DNA of 64,000 nucleotides from an uncultured Phycisphaeraceae bacterium (GCA_964518335.1 CAZFDT010000001.1:13391-77390), one strand, 5' to 3'. Counted from the stretch's first letter, positions 26,666 to 35,985 are shown. Notes: generated by a model not told the origin, from the sequence alone. Numbers and translations: made by a program.

Positions 26666-27675
26666 AGCGCGGGGATGGATTCATCGACAATCGTCGGCTC
26701 CAACTGCAACGACTTGACGGGGTCGTCCGATCGGGCGGCGCGGGCCAGCAGCAGGTCCACCGCCTCCTGTCCCACGTCATCGATGTGGATGTCGATCGTC
26801 GCGGGGCGGGGACGTAGCGGCGTGAGGTACGGCTGATCGTTGTTGCATGAAATAACGTGCAGATCGCGCTGAGGCCTCACTCCCATTGAGTAGAGAAATG
26901 GATACGTGTGAGCCGCCAGCTCGTCGCTGTAGAGAAACAGTCCATCGATCGGCCGACCCGAGCGAAGCTTGCTATCCAGATCCTGGCGAAGGAGTTCATC
27001 GTCGATCGCAGAGTCCAGCGCCGAGTTGGCGGAGCTGGACTGCGTGTAGCGAGAGGCATCGATGGCATGCACGGTGCAACCGCGCTGCTCGAGCACGCGC
27101 GTCAGCTCGGTGGTGCGGGCCCAGCCGACGTGGCTGATCACGCCGACATTGCTGGCCCCGCGACCCACCAGCCATTCGGCGGCGATGCGACCGACCGCGC
27201 CGTCGTTGTACGTCACGTGATCGAAGCCAGGCAGCGGTGAGTTGAGTGCCTTGACCGCCGGCACACCCCGGAGCTCGTCCAAAGGCAGATCGTCCGCCTG
27301 GTCCCGAAAGAGAATCAGCCCTTCGCCCTTCTGAACGGACAGGCGCTGACGGTCATCTGACTCAGGCAGTGCGCGCAGCTTCAACGGCAGACCGTGGGCG
27401 TCGCACGCACGTTCGACGCCATGAATCATGTTGAAGTAAACAGGATGCCGCAGGACCGACTTGATCGACGCACCCAGGATGAGCAGGCTGACGGACTTGA
27501 GTTCGGCCACGCGGCTGCGGCCTGAACGAATGCGCCGGGGCTCATACTTCATTTCCGCCATGACCCGCTGCACCAGCTCACGCGTTTCGGGCGTGACCGG
27601 GCGGTTGTTCAACACATTCGACACCGTTCCGGTCGAAACCCCCGCTGACTTGGCCACTTCGATGATGCTGGGCAT
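26662..27675 (-). CDS. LacI family transcriptional regulator
   Basis: Starts at [26 protein letters not shown] (classic LacI HTH) followed by a periplasmic-binding-protein-like sugar-binding fold. The longer ORF start at 27744 would lie inside the palindromic operator. Confidence 0.85.
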   Translation of the reverse strand: MPSIIEVAKSAGVSTGTVSNVLNNRPVTPETRELVQRVMAEMKYEPRRIRSGRSRVAELKSVSLLILGASIKSVLRHPVYFNMIHGVERACDAHGLPLKLRALPESDDRQRLSVQKGEGLILFRDQADDLPLDELRGVPAVKALNSPLPGFDHVTYNDGAVGRIAAEWLVGRGASNVGVISHVGWARTTELTRVLEQRGCTVHAIDASRYTQSSSANSALDSAIDDELLRQDLDSKLRSGRPIDGLFLYSDELAAHTYPFLYSMGVRPQRDLHVISCNNDQPYLTPLRPRPATIDIHIDDVGQEAVDLLLARAARSDDPVKSLQLEPTIVDESIPAL

Positions 27676-27740
27676 GCCATGCGCCTTTCTGCAATCCGCT
27701 GAACGCGACCATCTCGTCTTGCCAGCGGTGACAAGATACC

Positions 27741-27757
27741 ACATTCAAATTGAATGT
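27741..27757. promoter_or_regulatory. Perfect 17-bp palindrome ACATTCAAATTGAATGT (candidate LacI-family operator)
   Basis: An 8-1-8 perfect palindrome in the AT-rich divergent region between the LacI start (27675) and the dehydrogenase start (27838). A degenerate second copy lies at 27768-27783 (GTTCATTTGAAAATGT). Confidence 0.5.
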
Positions 27758-27837
27758 CAAGCTTGAAGTTCATTTGAAAATGTGTATGATGCTTCACGCA
27801 GGCCGGAGGGGGCTTGTAGAGCCAGGAGAAGGGACCC

Positions 27838-28908
27838 ATGGGCATCGATAGCTTTCGACCGCAAGGGGTGCTGGTGCAGCCGGATGATCCCGAGGGTCTG
27901 TGCTTTCCAGCCGAGGTGCGTCAAGCGCTGGCCCAACTACTGCTGCTGCCCCCTGCTGGGAGGGTGGTACCGGATGTTCTGCTCCCTCATCCCGCCTGGC
28001 TCCGGGAGGCGCGGGTGATCGTGGGCACGTGGGGCATGCCACGGATCGACGAAGATTTGCTGGACCGGATGCCTCGACTGGAAGCCGTGTTCTACGCCGC
28101 GGGCACGACCGACACGCTCATGTCCCGCTCGGCGTGGGAACGCGGCCTGCGGGTGTCTTCCGCCATCGCCCTCAACAGTGAGCCCGTCGCCCAGTTCGCC
28201 CTGGCGCAGATCCTGTTCGCCCTGAAACTGGGCTGGCACCACGTCAGCATGACGCGGCACGACCGGCGGTGGCACCGCATGTCCAACGTGCCCGGCTCGC
28301 ATGGAACACAAGTCGGCATCGTGTCGCTGGGGATCATCGGCCGCAGACTCGTCGAACTACTCGACCCCTTTGCCGTCACGCTGGCGGCCTACGACATTCA
28401 TCGCGACGCACCACTGAGCGAGCGTCATCACTTGCGTTACATGAGCCTGCAGCAGCTTTTCGCCACAAGCCAGGTCGTCTCGATCCACGCACCTCTTCTG
28501 TCCGCAACCCGTGGCCTGATTGGCGGGGACTTGATCCGGCTGATGCCGACCAACGCCGTGCTGATCAACACTGCACGCGGCGCGGTGATCGATGAAGCAT
28601 CCATGATCCGGGCTTTGTGTGACCGGCCTGACGTGATCGCGCTGCTGGACGTCACCGAACCTGAGCCGCCGCAGCCGGATTCGCCGCTATGGACGATGCC
28701 CAACGTGGTGCTCACGCCGCACATCGCCGGCGCGTTTGGCCGCGAACGCCGGCGCCTGGGTGAGTTCGCCGTGGCCGAAGTCCGTCGCTACCTCTGCGGC
28801 GAACCCCTGCTGGGCGAAGTGTCCCCGCCGGACCGCACCCCGCTTATTCGAACGATCGCTTCATCCGTCCCGATGGCTGCCCAGGCGCCATCGCAACGTC
28901 TTGTGTAG
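27838..28908 (+). CDS. D-isomer-specific 2-hydroxyacid dehydrogenase family protein
   Basis: NAD-binding GIVSLGIIGRRLVELL, plus the catalytic-region motifs NTARGAVIDE and VLTPHIAGA. Confidence 0.85.
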   Translation: MGIDSFRPQGVLVQPDDPEGLCFPAEVRQALAQLLLLPPAGRVVPDVLLPHPAWLREARVIVGTWGMPRIDEDLLDRMPRLEAVFYAAGTTDTLMSRSAWERGLRVSSAIALNSEPVAQFALAQILFALKLGWHHVSMTRHDRRWHRMSNVPGSHGTQVGIVSLGIIGRRLVELLDPFAVTLAAYDIHRDAPLSERHHLRYMSLQQLFATSQVVSIHAPLLSATRGLIGGDLIRLMPTNAVLINTARGAVIDEASMIRALCDRPDVIALLDVTEPEPPQPDSPLWTMPNVVLTPHIAGAFGRERRRLGEFAVAEVRRYLCGEPLLGEVSPPDRTPLIRTIASSVPMAAQAPSQRLV

Positions 28909-28931
28909 TGCTGACATCGAGGCTGCAAGTC

Positions 28932-29777
28932 ATGAACAACGCACCCCCCCGTACGTACCGCCATGTCTCCTGCATGGCATTAATCGCTGCAGTGATCCTG
29001 GCGCTGGCCGGACCGGGCCAGGCGCTGGCTGATCATGTCAACGTTTTCTTCGTCGGCGGTCAGTCCAACGCCAATGACCAGCTCAGCCACGGCGTCGCGT
29101 CGGCACTGGCGGCCAGCGGGCGCTACGGCAACTTCCAGATCGTGCATATCAACCACTCCGGCAATCAACTCTGGCAGTGGATCCAGGCGCCCGGCGGCGT
29201 GCCCACGCCACAAGCCAACTACCAGGCTGACTTTTTCAACAGCACCCAGACCGGAGCGCTGGAGCAGGCGTTCGCCGACATCCGCCACAACGGCGACACG
29301 CCGGTGCTGCGCGGGTTCTTCTGGTTCCAGGGCGAGGGCGACACCGGCAGCGCCACCAACGTCAACCTCTACCGTCAGCGCTTCCTCGCCATGATGGAAC
29401 TGCTCCGGCAGGATGTGCAGCAGAACGACCCGATCCGCTTCGCCCTTGCGATCATCGACGCCAAGGTCGACACACTGGACGCCGATCGTCAGCAACTCAC
29501 CGATCAACTGCGCGCCATTCAGTTGCAGATTGGTGCGGATTTCGAACACGGCGTCGCCGTCGATTCTCGTCCTTTCGCCCGCTCGGATGCGTGGCATCTG
29601 GTGTACCCCACCGGCAGCTATAACTTCGGTGTCGAGCTGGGCGAGGCTTTCATCGCCAACGACATCCCCGAGCCGATCAGCTTCGCGATCCTGACGCCTC
29701 TGGTGATGTGGGGTGTGTTCAGGCGCGACAGGCGATGCGACACCCGGACCTGTGCGTCACGAGGGAATCGATCATGA
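28932..29777 (+). CDS. SASA/DUF303-type carbohydrate (sialate-like) O-acetylesterase with PEP-CTERM tail
   Basis: Signal peptide MALIAAVILALAGPGQALA. Contains FFVGGQSNAN and FFWFQGEGD, typical of the SASA family. C-terminal IPEPISFAILTPLVMWGVFRRDRR. GTG 28908 is an alternative start. Confidence 0.75.
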   Translation: MNNAPPRTYRHVSCMALIAAVILALAGPGQALADHVNVFFVGGQSNANDQLSHGVASALAASGRYGNFQIVHINHSGNQLWQWIQAPGGVPTPQANYQADFFNSTQTGALEQAFADIRHNGDTPVLRGFFWFQGEGDTGSATNVNLYRQRFLAMMELLRQDVQQNDPIRFALAIIDAKVDTLDADRQQLTDQLRAIQLQIGADFEHGVAVDSRPFARSDAWHLVYPTGSYNFGVELGEAFIANDIPEPISFAILTPLVMWGVFRRDRRCDTRTCASRGNRS

Positions 29778-32700
29778 ACAACCTGTTCGCCGGCATCGCC
29801 ATCGCTCCAGCAGTGCTTTTCGCTGCCGTGGCCTGGGGCGAGCAATCGCCTGTCATGAAGTCGATCGCCGCGGGGCACACCCCGTTCAGCATCGCGTCCC
29901 ACGAGGTGACGTGGGCGGAGTGGCGCACCGTGCGCGAGTGGGCGTTGGCGAACGGGTACGACTTTGGCCCCGGCCGCGCCGAGGGCGAAGCCTATCCCGT
30001 GGCGACGATCACGTGGTACGACGCGATCAAGTTCTGCAACGCCGCGTCGCAGATGACGCAGCGGCAACCGGTGTACTACACCACGGCGAGCCGCGACGAA
30101 GTGTACCGTGCCGGTGAACTGGACCTGACCGACACGTGCATCCAGGTTGATGCCAACGGCTATCGCCTGCCGACCGAAGCGGAGTGGGAGCTGGCCTGCC
30201 GTGCAGGCACGACGACGCGGTATTACTGGGGCGATGTCGCCAATCCCACAGACAATCCCTACGCGTGGCACACGGCCGCGGCGGCGCGCGGCAAGGACGT
30301 GACGCCGCATCCGGTCGGACGCAAGCAGCCCAACGCGTGGGGACTTTTCGACATGAGCGGCAACGTCGCCGAGTGGTGCTGGGACCGCCCGATGCCGCAG
30401 GCGAACTGGCGTGTGCTGCGCGGTGGCTCGGTCTCGCTCGACAGCGACGTGTCTAGCGGCCTGCGTTCGATGACGATGCCCGACTATCGCGTCTTCGACG
30501 TGGGTCTGCGCCTGGCCAGCAGCGATGCGGCCTGCAAACCACTGGTCGAATCATTGCCCGTGCCGCAGGCGGATGCGGCGATCGAGGCGTTGCTGCCGCG
30601 CTACGACGGTCGGGATGCAGCCGCGGTGGCGCACACGCTCTTCCACCTGCTCGACCGCCACGAGCCTTCGCTTCAGGACGCACGTGCGCTGCACGAGCGC
30701 GGCGAGCACGAGGCGGCGCTGGCGGCGTACCGCGATGCGTTCGTGCGGCGGATGCGCGAGCATCTGACGGCGGTGGCGTACCAGCCCGACTGGCGCTTCT
30801 GGAGCGGGCCGTCGGGCTTGAAGGACCTGACGCCGTTCGAGCGCGATGCCGACCGCATCGTCTGGTTCGTCGCGGCGGATCGGCTGGACAATGCCTGCGA
30901 CGGGCCGGCGTACCTGCAGAACGCAAGCAGCCTGGTCGCTGCGTGGATCAGGCAGCCGGAGGACGAAGCGCGCCTGGCGCAGTGGTTCGCCATCGCCGAG
31001 TCGTTCGCGTGGCGCGGCAAGACGGACTACGACAATCTCAGCGCCGATGACCTGACGATCAAGACCTGTTACGACGTGCCGCAGACTTGGCACATGGGCA
31101 TGGGCCTGACGGAGTACGGCGACAAGTTCATCGAAGCGTTGTCGCGCATCATCGTCACCGCGCCCGACGATCGGATGGACCTGATCCCACCGCGGGCGCT
31201 GGCGAACATCCTGATCTTCTGCGTCACCACCGATGCCGCCAAGACGCTCAAGGACCCCCGCGACTGCGTGGGCAATCAGCAACTGACCATGGCGCGATCG
31301 CTCATAGAGCTCTCGTTCGTGCAAAGCGATTTCCGCGATGCGCAGGCGTGGTACGCCACCGGCCGCGACCGCATCCTGCACGGCGCGATGGAGTTCTTCA
31401 TCCTCCCCGACGGCGGCGATCGCGAGCAGTCGTTCAACTACAATCCCGGTCTGTACGGCGCCTATCGCAACCTTGCGGACATCTTCAAGGGCCGCGCTTC
31501 GCCCGACTGGCTCGACCAGTTCCGCAGACGTGCGCTGTGGCGCAAGCGCATGTTTGCATCCGTGCGCATGGCCAGCGGTATCGTGCCCTCGGTCGGCAAC
31601 AACTCCTACGGCCGCGACCTCGCCGACAAGAGCGAGCCCGACGACCCGCTGTACGACCCCTTGGTCGAGCAGATCCTCGACCGCATGCTCCACAATAGCC
31701 AGAAGGGCCTGCCCGCCCCGGCGTTCACTTCGATCGCGTTTCCTTTCAGCGGCTATTACGTGCAGCGAAACGGGTGGGAGCCGGACAGTTCATCGCTGTT
31801 CTTCAAGTGCAGCGCCCCATCGATCGGGCACGCCCATCCCGACAACAACAGCATCGACCTCGTCGCGTACGGCCGACACCTGCTGGTCAACCGCGAGTCG
31901 CCGCCCTATGGGCCGCAACACCTGTCGCCACCGCAGCGCAAGGACTATCCCTGGGTGCTCGAATATAAGGGCGAGCATTCGCCGTGGATGGAGAACACGC
32001 TGCTCATCGACGGCTGCGGCCAGACGATCGGCACGCTGCGCGAGGGCGAGCCACAGGCCCCGATGCCGAGCAATCGCTGGTACACGTCGCCTTCGCTGGA
32101 CTACGTTGAAGGTGTGCTCACGCGCACGTACACCACGCCCCCGGGCATCAAGGAAGCGGACGTGCACGAGTATGCGCAGCTGCACGGAGCGACGCCCGAG
32201 GAACTCGCCCGGATGCTCGCCGCGGCGGAGGTGGTCAACCGTCAACCGCAGCGCCGCTTCGACGCCACGCACAATCGGCAGATCATCTACCTGCGTCAGG
32301 CGAATGCGTGGATCGTCGTCGATCGCGTGACGAAGGACGTGAACAGCGGCAACACACCCACCCGCATCACACAGCAGTGGCTGTTGCCGTCCCCGAGGCT
32401 GGGCAAGTCGCGCGCGTTCGATGGGCGATATGGGGGTTTCAATCCCTTGCTACCCGGGTTCGAGCCCGAGCACGTCGCCTGCGACGCAACGACGAACAGC
32501 ATCGTGACGGCGAATCCGCAGAACGCGAACCTGGCGATCCGCAACGTCGTCGAACGTCCGATGCACTATGAAACCTACTTCGGCGACAAGTATCCCTATC
32601 GCGGGTGGGCCAACGTGTCGCCGAGCATGGTGAGCGACTATGTCCCGGCGGTCGATATCCATGCGACGTGCGACGTGGGCGAGCAGCCGCTGGTCACGCT

Positions 32701-33058
32701 ACTGGTGCCGATCCCGCAGGGATTGGCGTTGTCCGATCGGCTGACCTCGCTGCGTCAGGCGTTCGACAACGGCCAATGCCGGTTCACCGCCACGTTCGAC
32801 GACGGCACGACGGTGAGCTTTGCCGCCTCGTCCGCCGCGGCCGCGCTGCCGATCGGCGAACATCGCGTCACCGGTCACACGGCGCTGTGGCTGCAGTCGC
32901 GGGGTGGCCGACCCCACGGTCTGGTGATCGACGGCAACGAATCGTCGTATGCCTTCGACCTGATCGATGGCCAGGTGGTCGCCACATCACCGATCACTGC
33001 ACCGACGGGTTTCGACTGGATTGAAACTCCCGAGGGCATCGCGCCGACCTACCCGTAG
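29774..33058 (+). CDS. Fusion protein: N-terminal FGE/SUMF1-like domain plus alpha/alpha-toroid and heparinase II/III-like polysaccharide lyase domains
   Basis: ATG 29774 overlaps the upstream stop (ATGA). Signal-like MNNLFAGIAIAPAVLFAAVAWG. FGE-sulfatase-fold motifs: ITWYDAIKFCN, YRLPTEAEWELACRAGTTTRYYWG, NAWGLFDMSGNVAEWCWD, RVLRGGS. Heparinase II/III motif: FSGYYVQRNGWEPDSSSLFFKCSAPSIGHAHPDNNSIDLVAYGRHLLVN. Confidence 0.8.
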   Translation: MNNLFAGIAIAPAVLFAAVAWGEQSPVMKSIAAGHTPFSIASHEVTWAEWRTVREWALANGYDFGPGRAEGEAYPVATITWYDAIKFCNAASQMTQRQPVYYTTASRDEVYRAGELDLTDTCIQVDANGYRLPTEAEWELACRAGTTTRYYWGDVANPTDNPYAWHTAAAARGKDVTPHPVGRKQPNAWGLFDMSGNVAEWCWDRPMPQANWRVLRGGSVSLDSDVSSGLRSMTMPDYRVFDVGLRLASSDAACKPLVESLPVPQADAAIEALLPRYDGRDAAAVAHTLFHLLDRHEPSLQDARALHERGEHEAALAAYRDAFVRRMREHLTAVAYQPDWRFWSGPSGLKDLTPFERDADRIVWFVAADRLDNACDGPAYLQNASSLVAAWIRQPEDEARLAQWFAIAESFAWRGKTDYDNLSADDLTIKTCYDVPQTWHMGMGLTEYGDKFIEALSRIIVTAPDDRMDLIPPRALANILIFCVTTDAAKTLKDPRDCVGNQQLTMARSLIELSFVQSDFRDAQAWYATGRDRILHGAMEFFILPDGGDREQSFNYNPGLYGAYRNLADIFKGRASPDWLDQFRRRALWRKRMFASVRMASGIVPSVGNNSYGRDLADKSEPDDPLYDPLVEQILDRMLHNSQKGLPAPAFTSIAFPFSGYYVQRNGWEPDSSSLFFKCSAPSIGHAHPDNNSIDLVAYGRHLLVNRESPPYGPQHLSPPQRKDYPWVLEYKGEHSPWMENTLLIDGCGQTIGTLREGEPQAPMPSNRWYTSPSLDYVEGVLTRTYTTPPGIKEADVHEYAQLHGATPEELARMLAAAEVVNRQPQRRFDATHNRQIIYLRQANAWIVVDRVTKDVNSGNTPTRITQQWLLPSPRLGKSRAFDGRYGGFNPLLPGFEPEHVACDATTNSIVTANPQNANLAIRNVVERPMHYETYFGDKYPYRGWANVSPSMVSDYVPAVDIHATCDVGEQPLVTLLVPIPQGLALSDRLTSLRQAFDNGQCRFTATFDDGTTVSFAASSAAAALPIGEHRVTGHTALWLQSRGGRPHGLVIDGNESSYAFDLIDGQVVATSPITAPTGFDWIETPEGIAPTYP

Positions 33059-33061
33059 CCC

Positions 33062-34168
33062 ATGAGCGAGATTCGCATGAACGTCGTCAGCCACTGGCAG
33101 GGCATCGGTCTGCACAACGTGGTGGAGCTTGAGCCCGCCGAGGGCGGCGGCCACTACCTGCGGCGGTTCCCTCGACACGTGCGCGACGCACTGAGTCCGC
33201 TGGGACGCATGGTGTCCTGCGACACGGCGGGCGTCGAGCTGCGCTTCGTCACGGACTCACCCAACTTTCGCGTCTCGCTGAGCAGCTTGCCGTCGGTGCT
33301 GTCGCCTTACGAGCATCATCACCAGGATCTGCTTGTGTTTCGCGGGGCGTTCTTCCATTCGCATCATCGTCTGACGCCAGGTGCGATCAATCATATCAAC
33401 GTGGTGAACATTCCCGGCTCGGAGCCATTCGACGCGCTCGCCGTCGCATCGCGGACACAGTGCGGCTATTCGCATCGCGTGTGGCGGATCATGCTCGGTC
33501 GATATGCCGCGGCGTTGCACAGCGTCGATACCTACGGCGCACCGCGCCGGCCGCCGCAGCCCGATGAAGTGCCCGCCCGACGATGGCTGGCCTACGGATC
33601 ATCGATCACCCACGGCGCATCGCCCACGGTGCATCACCTCTCGTACATCTATCACGCGGCCCGCGCGGCGCAGTGGGATGTCTGCAACCAGGGCCTGTCC
33701 GGCTCGTGCCGCTGCGAGCCCGCCGTCGCCGAATACCTCGCCTCGCGCGACGACTGCGACGTCATCTCGCTGGAATTGGGCGTGAACATGCGCGGCGACT
33801 TCACGCCCGAGCAGTTCCGCGATCGCGCTGCGTCATTGGTCGATCACGTCTGCCGCGGCAACCCCGATCGCCACGTGCTGCTGATCACCATTTATCCCAA
33901 CGCCGACAGCCCGGGGTTCACCGCCCATCCCGATGCGCTAAGCACGACCCGGCAGGACGCCTTCAATGCCATCCTTCGCGAGCTGACGATGGATAGCGAT
34001 CGCACCAACCTGACCCTCATCGAGGGATCGGACATCCTCAACAGCCCCGACATGCTGAGCGTGGACCTGATCCATCCCAACGACTACGGCCACGCCCGGA
34101 TGGGCATGAACATGGGTGAACGTCTGGCCTGCCTGGACGCCGCGGCCGTCAGTGCGTCAAGCCGTTGA
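33062..34168 (+). CDS. SGNH/GDSL-type hydrolase (esterase), cytoplasmic
   Basis: Block I is WLAYGSSITHGAS and block V is DLIHPNDYGH. No signal peptide. Confidence 0.8.
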   Translation: MSEIRMNVVSHWQGIGLHNVVELEPAEGGGHYLRRFPRHVRDALSPLGRMVSCDTAGVELRFVTDSPNFRVSLSSLPSVLSPYEHHHQDLLVFRGAFFHSHHRLTPGAINHINVVNIPGSEPFDALAVASRTQCGYSHRVWRIMLGRYAAALHSVDTYGAPRRPPQPDEVPARRWLAYGSSITHGASPTVHHLSYIYHAARAAQWDVCNQGLSGSCRCEPAVAEYLASRDDCDVISLELGVNMRGDFTPEQFRDRAASLVDHVCRGNPDRHVLLITIYPNADSPGFTAHPDALSTTRQDAFNAILRELTMDSDRTNLTLIEGSDILNSPDMLSVDLIHPNDYGHARMGMNMGERLACLDAAAVSASSR

Positions 34169-35985
34169 TTCCTGCCGAAGCACGACCCATGGACGACCCC
34201 GTCATCAGAAGCCTCGCCGGATGGGACTACGCGGTGATCGTGTTCTACTTCACGTTCATCGTGGGGATCGGGTGGTTGTTTCGCCGGCTCAATCGCAACG
34301 CCAGCGATTACTTCCGAGGGGGCGGAAACATGCTGTGGTGGATGGCGGGTATGAGCGCCATTATGGCTGCCATCAGTACGTGGAGCTTCACCGGCGCCGC
34401 GGCCAAGACGTACGAGAGCGGGCTGCTCCTGCCCACGATCTGGATCATCTCGAGCATCATCACGCTGCCCATTCTCTGGTTCATGGCGCCCCGCTTCCGC
34501 CAGACGCGTGTCATCACGTCGATCGAGGCGGTGTTCCGTCGCTTCGGGCTGGGCACGGAGCAGATCTATGCCTACCTCGTGCTGCCGATGGGCATCTTCT
34601 GGGGCGGCGTGGGCCTCAACACGGTGGCCGTCTTCATGTCGGCGGCGCTGGGGCTGGACATGACGATGACGCTGGTGAGCCTGGGCGCGATCGTGACGGC
34701 GATGTCGCTGCTGGGCGGGCAATGGGCCGTCGCCGCCAGTGACTTCGTGCAGGGGTTGATCATGTTTCTGATCGTGTTCGTGGTGGTGTGGTTTTCGGTG
34801 AATCTGCCGGAGATCGGCGGGATCGCCAACCTGCCCCGCGCCTTGCCCGACCGACACTTCGACTTCACCGACGGGGCGCGCGGCGGCATCGTGACGCTGT
34901 GGATGCTCAGCCTCGTCGCCATGGCGATCCTCAGCTCGATGGACATGCAGGGCGAAGGGTCCAAGTACCTGCTCGTGAAAGACGGCCGACACGCCCGGGG
35001 CATGATCGTGCTGCGTGTCGTCGTGGGCCTGCTCATCCCCACGACGGTGCTGCTGCAGTTGCCCGCCATGTGCGCCGCGGTGATCTTCCCCGACATGAAC
35101 GCCGTATTTCCCAACCTCAAGGTCCCCGAGGAGGGCGCGTTCGTCGCGATGGCGTTTCGAACCCTCCCGCAGGGCCTGCTCGGGTTCATGGTCTGCGGCA
35201 TGTTCGCCGCGAGCATGTCCACCATGGACACCTCCCTCAACCGCAATGCCGGATACTTCGTCCGCAACATCTACATCCGCTACATCAACCCCGAGGCGTC
35301 GCAGAAGCGACAGCTCATCATGGGACAGGTCTTCACCGCGATCTTCGGCGCGCTGATGATCCTCGTCGCCGTGTCGTTCGACACGCTGCGCAGCGTCAAT
35401 CTGTTCGACGTGTTCCAGTTGCTCAACTCGATGATCCTGGCCCCTGCGCTGATCCCGGTGGCGCTGGGCATGGTGTACAAGCGGACGCCGGGCTGGTCGG
35501 GCTGGAGCACCGTGCTGGTGGGCACGGCGACCGGTGCAACCGCGAAGCTGGTCTATTCGCCCGCACTCGTCGAACGCCTGATGGGCTACAGCCAGTCGCT
35601 GAACCCGCGCGAAGCCATCGACGCGCAGTTCGTCTTCATCTTCACCATCGTGACGTGCATCTCGGTCGTTTGGTTTTTCCTCACGTCGCTGGCGTACAAG
35701 CGCAGCACGCCCGAGCATCGGCGCCGCGTCGAATCGCTGTTCCAGGACATGCGCACGCCTGTCGATCATGTGGTGGAAGACGTCGTCAACCAGGACGCTG
35801 TGCAATACCAATTGGTGAGCATCATGTGCCTGACGTTCGGCGGGTTCACCTTGGCGTGCATGGCGATCCCCAACCCGCGGCACGGCCGCATGGCGTTCGC
35901 GTTCATCGGCGGCGTGATCCTGCTGATCGGCATCGTGCTGTGGTGGACCTATCGACGCAAACGCAAATCCTCAGCGCGAACATGA
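34165..35985 (+). CDS. Sodium:solute symporter (SSS/SSF) family transporter
   Basis: 606 aa with multiple hydrophobic helices and YFRGGGNMLWWMAGMSAIMAAISTWSFTGAAAKTY, typical of the SSF N-terminus. TTG 34165 overlaps the upstream stop. ATG 34189 is an alternative start. Confidence 0.85.
   Translation: MIPAEARPMDDPVIRSLAGWDYAVIVFYFTFIVGIGWLFRRLNRNASDYFRGGGNMLWWMAGMSAIMAAISTWSFTGAAAKTYESGLLLPTIWIISSIITLPILWFMAPRFRQTRVITSIEAVFRRFGLGTEQIYAYLVLPMGIFWGGVGLNTVAVFMSAALGLDMTMTLVSLGAIVTAMSLLGGQWAVAASDFVQGLIMFLIVFVVVWFSVNLPEIGGIANLPRALPDRHFDFTDGARGGIVTLWMLSLVAMAILSSMDMQGEGSKYLLVKDGRHARGMIVLRVVVGLLIPTTVLLQLPAMCAAVIFPDMNAVFPNLKVPEEGAFVAMAFRTLPQGLLGFMVCGMFAASMSTMDTSLNRNAGYFVRNIYIRYINPEASQKRQLIMGQVFTAIFGALMILVAVSFDTLRSVNLFDVFQLLNSMILAPALIPVALGMVYKRTPGWSGWSTVLVGTATGATAKLVYSPALVERLMGYSQSLNPREAIDAQFVFIFTIVTCISVVWFFLTSLAYKRSTPEHRRRVESLFQDMRTPVDHVVEDVVNQDAVQYQLVSIMCLTFGGFTLACMAIPNPRHGRMAFAFIGGVILLIGIVLWWTYRRKRKSSART

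Noticed and set aside
26662-27744. Long form of the LacI ORF starting at 27744
   Set aside because: That start lies inside the 17-bp palindromic operator and adds 23 non-conserved residues ahead of the canonical LacI N-terminus MPSIIEVAK..., so ATG 27675 is preferred.
29774-30560. FGE/C-type-lectin-fold domain as a possible diversity-generating retroelement target
   Set aside because: DGR variable regions sit at the C-terminus of such folds and need a nearby reverse transcriptase and template repeat. There is no RT gene and no matching repeat in the window, and the domain here is N-terminal.
34084-35883. 599-aa minus-strand ORF and the 437-aa plus-strand ORF at 34788-36101
   Set aside because: They are antisense to, or out of frame with, the SSS transporter, whose hydrophobic helices and family motif are clear. 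The products are Arg/His/Asp-rich with no hydrophobic structure.
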